A stretch of DNA of 64,000 nt from Trichoplax sp. H2 (taxonomy: Eukaryota): the NCBI GenBank assembly GCA_003344405.1, contig NOWV01000107.1, positions 186,001-250,000 of the forward strand, given 5' to 3'. Both the position numbers and the translations under genes were made by a program. Positions 1-10,572 of the stretch are shown piece by piece; the first letter of the stretch is position 1, and every line of letters starts with the position of its first letter. A model generated the notes under the pieces. The model was not told where the DNA came from and did no database searches. It saw only the letters and a program-made list of their open reading frames with translations.

Positions 1-44
1 TGTAAAATTGAAGAGTATTTTAATTTTAGAAGTTATAGACTAAC

Positions 45-2645
45 CAACTTTGCCATAGCAAAATATCTTCTGGCTTCAATATACCCAAGATTTTTCGCTA
101 TTTCTAGCAGTTTTCGAGCACTAAATGACAGCATTGGCATTATGACTTTTAATATCGAAGTAAATTACTAGTGATATAAGTCAAAACAGGTTATTAACCT
201 TTCCTTATTGCCGTCAAATTCACTCAAAATTTCTAAAGCCTGTTCATATTCAGATTGGCCTGGTGCTAATAGACGATTTTTGGTAAAGAAAATTTATAAA
301 ATCTTAATATACATCATGCACAAATTATAATTATGTAGACGAAGCTTGCAAAATAAGATTACATATATAGGAATACTTTAGTATTACTCAGACATGATGG
401 TATTACTTAAATGGCAGTGGTAACTAAGAGTACGATCAATTGTAATATCTATAACTAAGCATGAGAAATTTAAATAACAAAGTATTGTGGTTAATTAAGA
501 GTATATTTATGTTACGCAGATATGAAGACATTATTTACATGTTAGCGATTACTATAAAATGTGGTTAATTTTAATGGTTACAAAGTATAGAAGAGTAACT
601 TAATAAAAAATATGTTATTTTATCAACAATATCATTGTCTCTTCATTTATAACTATAAAACAATGAGCATGAAAACATAGTCCTATCATGATAACTAAAC
701 AAAAAAATGTAGTTTACATCAGTAATTATTTCAGAATTGCAAAAGTAGAACAATTACAATTAATCTTGGATCGCAGATTATCGCTAAGAATTAATTTTAC
801 GACATGATCTTAAAAGTCGATGAAAAAATTTTCATTCTACATTAAGAATTTATATAAAGACTATGATGAATAGTATTAATAAGATAGCCATCACTGTATA
901 CCTAGATCTTCCTTTTTCTCTTGTTCAGCACTACTTTCTGAATCACTACTATCTTCATCTTCTTCTTGAATATCGTCATCTAGCTGTAGTTCCATTGGAT
1001 CAATTTGCTTAGTTGGTGAAGAAATATCTTCCGACCGTTTCCGTTCATTAGAACTGCTGGAAATCTTGTCGATAATACGAAATTTATTATCTGATGATTG
1101 ACCGTCATTTTGAGATGCAGTGTCACTTTTCTCATTATCTTGATAACTAGCAGAGCCAGATTGTCCATTATTATCACTGTTGAGATTATTTGGTAACCTA
1201 TTATTTTCCTGAGCAGTATTTGAGGAAGTTTCTCGAGAATAAGTACCATCACCATTGTTGACCAAGTTATCATCATTCTCTAGCTGTGTTTTAACCGGTC
1301 GTTTCTCCTCCAATTCCTCTTTGGTAAGCTCAACTAGCGATTCAACCTCTTTCAGTAGTTTCTCCAGTACAACGTCGGAAGCGAGTTTCAAATTTTTAAA
1401 ATGATCGGTTTTTTCCTCACCATTTCCACCGGTCGTTGTCTCAGAATCTGGCTTGCCTAAAGATTAAAAATCATATTAGATTTCAAGTGGTATTTATTAC
1501 CATCAACCAGTGACTAATAAATCTACTTGGTTAATCAAGTTCAAGATTCGTCACAAGATGTCTCATGATTTTATAGCACATTGTAACAACTTTATCGTAC
1601 TTGTAGCATCGGTGTCTTCAGCATCTTTTTTGTCCACTTTGGATTGTTGTTCATCAGCAGTCTGGTCAGCTAATACAAAACATTCAATGTTAATAGCGTA
1701 ACAGACGTGCGTTATAGTAGAGTTTTATTAACAATAATGTACTCTATAGCGTATAGAAAATTAAAGCAGTAAGAAATTACGTCAGTCGATATGACTGTCC
1801 AACTGAGTTAATGAGATCGAGGCCTGAAAGTCAAGTTTGTGGTCATTTAATTCGTCTAACTTGCAGGTTATTTATTTATCTATACTACGGTAGTAAGATG
1901 TGTAGTAATGTTACTGTTGCAATGGAGTCCAAAGTCATTAATCAGTGACTGCCATGGAAGTATTATTAAGTAAAGGCAGTTTTCTAAATGCTATCAATGA
2001 ATCAACGCAGGGTCGATGAATAGGGATGAGAATTTACAGATAAAAGTTAACTAACAGACGGTAGGAAATTTGATGATCTACTAAGATGCTAAGCAATATT
2101 ACTTCTACTCGATCATTCAGAGACTGTCATGGTAGTATTGTAAAGTAAAAATTTCATTATCAATGAATCAGCGTAGAGTTGATGATCAAGGATAAGAATT
2201 TGAATATATAGAGACATAATTAACCGATAGACCTCAAGAACTGCTATTCTTACGGGTTATCTATTTACTCGTATGGTAAAGTAGCAACAAGCTTATCACG
2301 ATTACACGTTGACCAAGTTGATCTTTCAGAGATAGCTATAGCCGTACAGTATTCAAGACATGGTTCTACCATTAGCATAAGGTTACTGCATGAAAGGTAG
2401 GAAATTTTGTGTATTGTGTAAGCAGCACAAACAGTCAGAAATACTATTCTAATTCAGAGGTAGATTTGGGATTAGTATGTAGCAAAGCCATGACCGCCGG
2501 CTGACGTCGGCACGTCCCTACTACCTACCTTTGAGAGCGATTGAAAATAATAATAACATCATATCAACATAGAGATTCATTACTTACAACATGCGAATGC
2601 TACAAGGACAACGATAATCCAGTACATCAGGTAGTAGTCCTTCAT
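45..2645 (-). CDS. SEL1L: SEL1-like repeat protein (SEL1L/Hrd3-like), 5' part; gene continues beyond window start
   Basis: Phase-consistent GT-AG exons: 2645-2588 (signal peptide MKDYYLMYWIIVVLVAFAC), ~1669-1601, ~1456-902 (acidic low-complexity region, ORF 891-1391), ~266-199 and 120-45 (GQSEYEQALEILSEFDGNKESARKLLEIAKNLGYIEARRYFAMAKL, resembling the first SEL1 repeats of SEL1L). Only the start of the repeat region is visible, so orthology is tentative. Confidence 0.65.
1992..2272. repeat. degenerate ~166-bp tandem duplication inside SEL1L-like intron
   Basis: TATCAATGAATCA.CG.AG.GT.GATGA...GGAT.AGAATTT occurs at 1992 and 2158, with weaker similarity downstream. Confidence 0.6.
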
Positions 2646-3008
2646 TTTTGAATTGCTCATATTTTATGCCTAAAATTACTAATCAATAAAATGCAAAGCG
2701 TCTTTCCAATCCACTTCCACAGTCTTTGCAAGAATGGATTAACCAATGGCTTCTCCACTGATTCGCCTTGAACTTGCAAGCTTGTTCCTAATGTACTCAA
2801 TTTTTGTAATCTCTACTCGTTCGACTAAGGGATTTACTCTTTCAATAAGTAAGATTAACTAGGCTACAGTACAGACTACACAAAGAATTCTCTTATTCAC
2901 CTTGTAATGAGGTAAAACCAAGATGAAATAAAAAATTTCTTAAACAACTTGTTTAATTAATTAAAAATGTTGGACAATGCAGTGGAATTGAACCAATGAA
3001 AAAATGAC

Positions 3009-3293
3009 AAGATTACGCTGCAGTTCCAGTGTCCAATGTCCGTACTTCCCGTGCATCGCTACGATGTGGTTCGAACTGAGTAGAGTGCAGTACAACCAAC
3101 TATGAACATGCGCAGTACAGTACAGTACAAACAACTATGAACATGCGCAGCACAGTATAGTACTGTAAAGTCAAAGATTACGCTGCAATGCCAGTGTCCA
3201 ATGTCCGTACTTCCCGTGCATCGATACGATGTGGTTCGAACTGAGTAGAGTGCAGTACAAACTAGTATAAACATGCGCAGTACAGCACAGTAC
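3009..3293. repeat. direct repeat (~120 bp, period 165) in the SEL1L/GSTZ1 divergent promoter
   Basis: AAGATTACGCTGCA...TCCAATGTCCGTACTTCCCGTGCATCG.TACGATGTGGTTCGAACTGAGTAGAGTGCAGTACAA...AACATGCGCAGTACAG at 3009 and 3174, with a third AACATGCGCAG sub-repeat between them. Confidence 0.9.
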
Positions 3294-3635
3294 TGTAAGG
3301 TCTACAGTATGGACTACCAAATAAGTACTGTACACTGTACTGTACTGATTTTAAAGTACTGTACAGTACAGTATTCTGCAAGACAGACGGACATTTCTTA
3401 CCAAATGAGGCCATCAATATCCAAAAATGGCTACTCAGTATGGATCTTCCGTGTCTGTTTTCGAAATCACTGGTACTAATTTTAATAACATCGATGATCT
3501 TATATTAACTGTCTCCAAGTGGAACTTAGTAACAGATCATAAGATTGAGCGTATTATTACTTAATTTAGAAATAACCAGTCAGTTTAAAAATCGACCATC
3601 TGTACATTAATGAAAGTGCTGTCGTAACGAAGTGT

Positions 3636-3688
3636 CAGTCCTGTCCAGTCCGGTCCAGTCCTGTCCAGTCCGGTCCAGTCCTAGTCCT
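3636..3688. repeat. minisatellite (CTGTCCAGTC/CGGTCCAGTC alternating)
   Basis: Four 10-bp units at 3641-3680 forming a 20-bp higher-order repeat of GTCCN pentamers. Confidence 0.9.
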
Positions 3689-3978
3689 AAGTTGGACCCA
3701 ATATTTTAACGGGATGAGGTCCATAATGTCTGTCCAAAGTGTCCATCCAAAGCATATTCCAGTGCTTGGTACAGCAATTCATAAATAACTTTGTTACCAC
3801 AGGCTGACTAGTGTACTATACTATAGTGTCCAGATGATACTGGAACTGTGAACACCATGCATAGTGAACACTGCTGAACACCTGGCGTAGTTAAACTTGT
3901 CAGCTCCAGCCGATCAGCAAACGCGATAACTCAATAAAGCAAAATTGGAAACTGTGGATTGCATCAGAAGAAGGCGAA

Positions 3979-6357
3979 ATGTCCAGCAAGGTAGAATAGG
4001 ATAGAGCTGGTTAACAATAATACTGAATTGACTCTACTGGTAGCAAATTGTGAATGCTTATGATGTAATTGCCAGACTTGCTACTGACAAGTATCACACT
4101 ACGGTGTTACTGTTTGCAATGCAAACTTGAGAGCTCATTTCAAGTTGCTTCCGCTTTTGCAGCATAACATACGCGTATATTGCAATATTATGCAGCGCTG
4201 ATTGAATACCTGGTGGATCAGCTTTGAAATTAGGCTTTGCAAGCATAAAATTGATCTTAGTGCTTTGATAATGGAGAGTTTACAGGATATGGAATCAAAA
4301 TATCAGAAACAGTAAACAATGTCTCGCGCTTTGTTGTAATTATCCTATCATCGATCTCAAAGAGTTTCACATTCTAAAACTACGATCGACAAACTCTCTT
4401 TTACTGTGCATTCACAAGTTGCTGTCAATAGGATCGCTAGTACTATGTTAGTTTTGTCTAAAAACTACTCATACGCATAATTAGAAACTGCATACCGTAA
4501 ATCGTTCAGTTAATATCAGTGGCAATCAGCAATGGACAATCCTGTCATGTCCAGTCTATTGAAAAAACTCTTAAAATATTCAAATACTACGACTAAAACA
4601 CAATACTAACTAAATCTATGACTTCACCATATTTAGCCACGGTTGTACTCTTATTTCCGCAGCACCTGTTCTTGGCGTGTTAGAATAGGTAAACTGATTA
4701 TTTATTGAATTCAATATAATGCTCGATAGACGGAAGTACTGTAGATCATAATGTTAACGAGAAATCCTAAGGTTCCTGTAGTGTAGTTAAGGACTTGTCA
4801 TCAATGTTACTATGCATAAGGTAAGTAAGTTGAATTAGTATCATCAAAAGTGACTAGCTATTAACTTGTTTACAGTATGCTATGAACAATTCGCTATCAT
4901 CTAGGTACAGTAGCTACAAAATGCAACTGTCATATATAGACATGTACTTTTGAATGTTAGCTTCTCATTGATAAGCTTAAAATTCTCGCTCAGGGTCTGT
5001 TGACTATTTCATTTTTCTCGGAGGTTGTAATCAAAGATTTTTCAATCTTTTTTTATATTGTAAGCTCTCGCTCTCAAAGGAATCGAATATGATTATCATC
5101 CTGTGCACTTGTTAAAGGATGGTGGCGAACAGGCTAGTTTTAAGGATAAGTTTAAACTACTTTACGTTCGTACGAAATTAAATTAATCTTTATTAATTTA
5201 TTTTTTAGTTTAAGGACGAATACAAAAGTCTTAATCCGAATTCCTTATTGCCAGCACTGGAAATAGATGGCCATTGTCTAGCAGATTCGGTGGGTAATCT
5301 CAATTACAGTAACATTATGAGCCTTATGGAATTTTTCTAGTACGTACAATACAGTAATGTCGAGGATTAACCATGGACGTATATGACAGATGAGTATTAT
5401 AGAATACTTGGATGAAACAAGACAAGATCCACCGTATTTGTTACCGAAAGATCCAGCAATAAGAGCGACGGTATGTCGATCAATTTGCGAGTATAATTGA
5501 AGATACGTGTATTTAAGAAACTTTTTTTACCAATGTTTGAGTTATCACTATGAAGTAGAGATAGATACTGCATATACAACTTCTCTACACGGGATCGGAT
5601 CATTCCTAAATCATCTGGAGCAAATAGTACGATTTCTGATTTATTTGCTTTTATCGCATGTACTATATCTCCCTATAGGTACGACGAATTAGCAACAATA
5701 TTACTAGTGGTATTCAGCCAATCCAGGTCTCTAATACTGTCTATTTTATTTATAACTACGATGGAAACGGCAGCTACCCTATTTCAATGAATACTTATAG
5801 TATGATCTTTGTTCACAGAATCTTCGAGTGCTGATCTATGTAGGCGCAGATAAGAAAAAGGAATGGGGAAAGCACTGGATTGAGCAAGGCTTTAATTGTA
5901 ATGTTACTCATTCTAACGTTTGATGATGCATATTACTATTATAATATAACTTTCTGTTGGTGTACATCTGGTATTTATTGCTACGAAAGTTAGATCTCTA
6001 ATTAGAGTTTAATAATTCATTGACAAAATTTTCTTACTTAAAATATGGATAGCTCTAGAAGAGTTATTAGAAAAGACTAGTGGTAAATATTGTGTTGGCG
6101 ATGACATCACCATGGCTGATCTTTGCTTGATTCCACAAGTTTACAATGCTAATAGGTACTGGTTTACCAGTGTGTATGATAAAGCCTTAAATCAATACTC
6201 GCTAATCACTCTATTTATATTGGGTATGACAAGGTTTGAGGTGGACATGTCCAGATACCCAATTATAACACGCATCAATGCGCAGTTAGAGAATCATGAT
6301 GCATTCGTAGCAGCTCATCCAAGGCAACAACCTGACTGTCCGGATGAACTCAAATAG
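3979..6357 (+). CDS. GSTZ1: glutathione S-transferase zeta / maleylacetoacetate isomerase (215 aa, 9 exons)
   Basis: Exons 3979-3990, 4637-4688, 5065-5132, 5209-5289, 5390-5470, 5679-5726, 5819-5897, 6053-6155, 6234-6357 splice to [30 protein letters not shown]...SGIQPIQN...ADLCLIPQVYNANRF...AHPRQQPDCP, the zeta-class signature motifs. Confidence 0.97.
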
Positions 6358-7185
6358 AGTTAGCACTGGATGACACTTATCGTTAACTGGTATACGAATG
6401 ATGTCTTTCTATCGATTAGAACGTAGATGCAATTAAGATTTTAGTGATCTGTTTAAAAATTGGTGCTGTAAGAGGACTTGTACAGTGAGAAATAGTAATG
6501 CTAATATTGTAGACGCTGATTTTTGCTAGCTATTATCACATAAAAAATTATAAAATATGTGTTAATTGTATTGCAAAGCTGCTCTTTCTCTCAATGTGCA
6601 GTATGTGAGGCAAATCTGGCAAATAAAAAGGATCGTCATAGATTATTTCTTACGTACGATAAAATTATAACGCCAAAAGTATGCGTTCAGAATTCTCGAA
6701 TCAGTCGTTCTGGAGGAATGAATTAACCATTACAACATTCATATTTTAAATTATCCTCAATTTGATTGAAAGGTTTGATGATTGGTCATTAGCCGCATTT
6801 AAATTAGCTGTATTTTTCAAGGCAGAAATCAACCCTGCGCTGTCATGGACGTAGACTAACAAAGAAAGCGGCTCTTTCTAATAGAATTGCAAGACGGTGA
6901 TATTTTGTAACTGTGCTTGATATACAGTACAGTAGGCAACAATCAGTTGCAATTGAATATCTACTCTTCCTTTAAACGATTGCGTTAATTACATTATTTA
7001 CAAATAAATTATACTATTTATTTATTTACTAGTAGTTGTATCTGCAAGGCCGCTTTATTGTTTATTAGTAATAATTATGAGATGTATTACGTATTCCTAC
7101 TGAATATTGGGCTCTAAGTTGAAAATTTCTTCCCTTTACAAGTCCTTAGTTGAAGGCTTCCAATTGGTGTCCAGCAGTTTTTGAC

Positions 7186-7760
7186 TTTTTGCTATCTTCT
7201 GTAGTCAATCGACAGTTGAAATCTTTTCTACTGCAGTGCTCTAATCGACACCGCTTCATCGAACCCATTCCATGATCAACTCGCCCAAGTTGCCTGATCA
7301 GTTCTCAAAGTGGTCAGCATTCCATCTACATTAATTTTTATACTGGTTTATTTTTATTCCTACAAGGATTAAGAACTGGTAAGGGCAACTTGAGCTGAGG
7401 CATCAGTTTTTGCTATCTTCTGTAGTCAATCGATAGTTGAAATCTTGCATTGCAGTGCTTTAATCCACACGGCTTCATCGAGCCAATTACTTGATCAACT
7501 CGCCCAAGTGGCCCAATCAGTTCTCAAAGTAGTCAGAATCACATCTACACTCGTTTTCATATTGGTTTATTTCCATTTCTATATGGATTAAGAACTGGTA
7601 AGGGCAACTTGAGCTGAGGCAGTCGTTTTTGCTATCTTCTGCAGTCAATCGATAGTCGAAATCTTTTACTGCAGTGCTCTGCTTGCCACGGTTTCATCGA
7701 GTCAATGACATGATCTACTCGCCCAAGTGGCCCGATCACTTCTCAAAGTAGTAAGGATCG
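7186..7760. repeat. tandem array, ~220-bp unit x ~2.6, each full unit with a long internal inverted repeat
   Basis: GCTATCTTCTG at 7191, 7412 and 7631 (periods 221, 219). Inverted arms at 7283-7306/7371-7395 and 7502-7525/7590-7614. Confidence 0.92.
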
Positions 7761-7840
7761 CCATTAGTCCATTTCTCTGCTAGTGGTTTAATCACTTGTC
7801 GCTAAGTTGTTATGGACTCTTATTATGACATCATTTCAGT

Positions 7841-8051
7841 ACAATACTATATACTGTAGCCGATTACAATACTTAGTACTATAAAGGCGGAGAAAATACT
7901 GTACAGTACTGTACAGTCCAGTACATTACAGTGTACAGTATCTGGGCCATCGTAAAATACGGTACGGGTACTGTGTTGTACTGTACTGTACAGTATTTCC
8001 CCCGCCTTTACAATACTAAGTATTATAATAGACTACAGTATATAGTATTGT
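7841..8051. mobile_element. foldback/MITE-like element A with ~68-bp imperfect terminal inverted repeats
   Basis: Left arm ACAATACTATATACTGTAGCCGATTACAATACTTAGTACTATAAAGGCGGAGAAAATACTGTACAGTAC matches the reverse complement of the right arm ending at 8051. Non-coding. Mobility is inferred. Confidence 0.7.
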
Positions 8052-8059
8052 GCGGACCC

Positions 8060-8238
8060 TAAAGGTATCGGGCCGAACCGCGCCGAACTCAGGTCTAGTT
8101 ACAGACTTACAGTACAGTACAGTACAGTACAGTATCTGGGCCACCGTACAGTACAGTACGGTACGGTACTGTGTTGTACTGTACTGTAATGTACCGTAAC
8201 TAAATCTGAGTTCGGTTCGGTTCGGTTCAATACCTTTA
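8060..8238. mobile_element. foldback/MITE-like element B with ~43-bp terminal inverted repeats, TA at both ends
   Basis: TAAAGGTATCGGGCCGAACCGCGCCGAACTCAGGTCTAGTTAC ... GTAACTAAATCTGAGTTCGGTTCGGTTCGGTTCAATACCTTTA. Interior is (CAGTA)n/(TACTG)n. Confidence 0.7.
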
Positions 8239-8465
8239 TCGTCTATAGTCTGTATTGACTCTGTAAACATTCTTTCTGGACAGTACCAACTGATACACTA
8301 CAGTACAATCCAGCACTCAGTAAAGGATATAAAGGCGAGGCGATTCTTCAGTATGTGTCAATACGTTCGAGGTCTTGAACAGTTTTTGAGATTGATTTTT
8401 TTTTGGCTGTCGCAAGATTGTTGATTTTTTCTTCTCCATTCCTATTCCCTGCTAAATAGTCCACC

Positions 8466-10572
8466 ATGAAATTGACATTGGCTATTATCGCTATCATCTT
8501 TTGCATTGGAACAGTTTCAGCTGGTATGTGTATTCTTTGTGCTGTCGGATGAGTTTGAAATAGGACAGGAGAAAGTTGTTTATCATTAGGAATAGTGTAC
8601 ATACAGTAGGATACAGGACAGCAGGTTGGGTTGCGTTAGCTTTTTCAGTATGGATATGCATGTTGTTGGTGTCAGCGATTTCCTAAATTATCCAAAGTTG
8701 GACGTAGAATCGTTTTGAAGACGAACTGGTTAGCATCAAAAGTAGTGCCAAGTAGTGCGCCATCAATGCAAATCAACTCTTTTGTTGTTAGACGTAGTTT
8801 ATCTTCCGACGTTACTGATCATGATCGACGAATAATGATAAATTCATGTAAAAGGCATCGGTTGAATATCTCTTATGATGAAAAATTGTCTTCTTTTTAC
8901 AAGATGAGTGTATAGGATTAAGTCAGCAGTAATTGCCATTCTATTGCCTATATTAGTCAATGTACAATCCTGAACCGGCCTAATGGACAAATATCAGTCA
9001 AGAATAAGAGACTTTCTGTAGTTCAAATCTCAATAATAATAACGTACGGTTTAATGAGTCTGGAAGTAAGTCATACGGTAAACTGTACTGTCCTCAACAA
9101 CTGCTGCAACCACACCGGTCATAATATTAGTTATTTTCTTTCTAATGCAACTGTAATATCTGCTATGACAGTATTAGGATCATTGCTTCAACAGTAATAT
9201 CCAACTATTAGTTTTGTAAAATTTCAAGCACTTGACTGGGCACTAAACTTTTGATTTATGGATTGCCATGTTTGTCGGTCTAATGTCTGATGAAAGTGGA
9301 ATAGCTTGTGCGCTTATTCGCCTACAGTATCAGCAATGCAAGATTAGGTCATAGGTCGTCATAGCTTGTGATCATTACTCAACATTAATCAATACCTTTA
9401 CACATTGTCTTCTTTAGCATGATATTGTTGTTGTAAGAAAATAATATTTTCTTAGAATAGAAAAAGTTGAACTCTGATTTCAATGCCTGAATACTGTTTA
9501 TTTATGACTGGGTAAAATTTTAGTGAAGTTGCCTCCATGCTGGGCTTATTTACAAGAACATGCTTCTATTTTGGAACATGGTGAACCTCATATGGTTGGT
9601 GGCTATACGCCTCAATGTGATGAAGAAGGTTACTACAAATTGATGCAATGCAGTGGAAGCACTGGATATTGTAAGTGGTATATGGATGCTATAATTTTGC
9701 TTAAGGAAATATAGTAGAATTAGCCTTGCAAAAGCATTTGACTTTAGTGATTGGCTAGTAATTCTCAGATTAATGATGTCAAAACATCAGTGTACTGTAT
9801 TACGATCGCAAAAATAGAATGGGCATATGTACTGCCATTGCAATTATTCTAAGGGAATAAAACTATTCCAAGTGATTTAACTAGTAGGACGACAATAATG
9901 TACATATTGTACCTAACAATGTAGTGCGGCACGGTATCTCGACTATACATAGAATCTTCATCTGCTTGCAATATGTGTTATCAATAATTTTACTCTTTAC
10001 AGGCTGGTGCACAACACCTATTGGTTTGAAAGTACCAGAAACTGATCGTCGACCAGGCCATGCAAATGGATTAGATTGTAAGTTCTTATGCGACATGGGT
10101 ACAGTGTTAATAAGACTACTTCTTATATGTATATATATACTTGTATTTTTAATTTGATCGTATACAGTCAGCATATAGGAATCGGATATATAGCATTTAG
10201 AAGTACTGTAGATTCTTACTCGATTCTTTTTATATCTTTCACTGTTACTTATAATTTCAGTATGTATATATAATATATATTTATAGTCGGTAAGTACGCA
10301 TTGTGAATATACAAGTATTATTTTCAAGTAGCCACGATGATATGACGTAGCTGTTTATCGCATCAGCTGAATAGATAACTTAAATCGCTTTGAATTGTAG
10401 TAGTATCCTTACTGCTTAGTTCATGCGCTATGGAACGTTAGCCTTGGATAATTGATGGGCCCATATCGTTTTTAGATATGGAATATAATTGGATTTACTA
10501 AGTTATGCTACTCTTGTCTGTTGAATTCATCTAGGCAAAGCCGAAGTTGCAAAGTATGCTAATAGTTCATAA
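8466..10572 (+). CDS. small secreted protein with one thyroglobulin type-1 domain (105 aa; thyropin-like)
   Basis: CCACCATG start. Exons 8466-8523, 9524-9670, 10003-10077, 10535-10572 (all phase-1 GT-AG) give MKLTLAIIAIIFCIGTVSA-VKLPPCWAYLQEH...YTPQCDEEGYYKLMQCSGSTGYCWCTTPIGLKVPET...LDCKAEVAKYANSS*: signal peptide plus 6-Cys Tg1 pattern (PQC, QC, CWC). Confidence 0.93.

Noticed and set aside
980-1276. Alternative-frame ORF overlapping the large SEL1L-like exon, and similar antisense/shadow ORFs over RBM25, ZFYVE1 and RTF1 exons
   Set aside because: Shadows of real exons with biased codon content; no independent splice or homology support.
3060-3250. GGTTCGAA B-box-like motif in the duplicated module suggesting tRNA or SINE
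   Set aside because: No cloverleaf, no convincing A box, no poly-A/T tail or TSD.
3059-3479. ORFs rich in YCTV/STVQ (also 8016-8270 and 42957-43456)
   Set aside because: Translations of the TACAG/CTGTA pentamer islands, not real proteins.
7186-7775. Selenoprotein or repeated-peptide reading of the 220-bp array (minus frame LTTLRTD..TWAS with TGA)
   Set aside because: Stop positions differ among copies, TAA/TAG also occur, and unit lengths 221 and 219 do not keep a frame.
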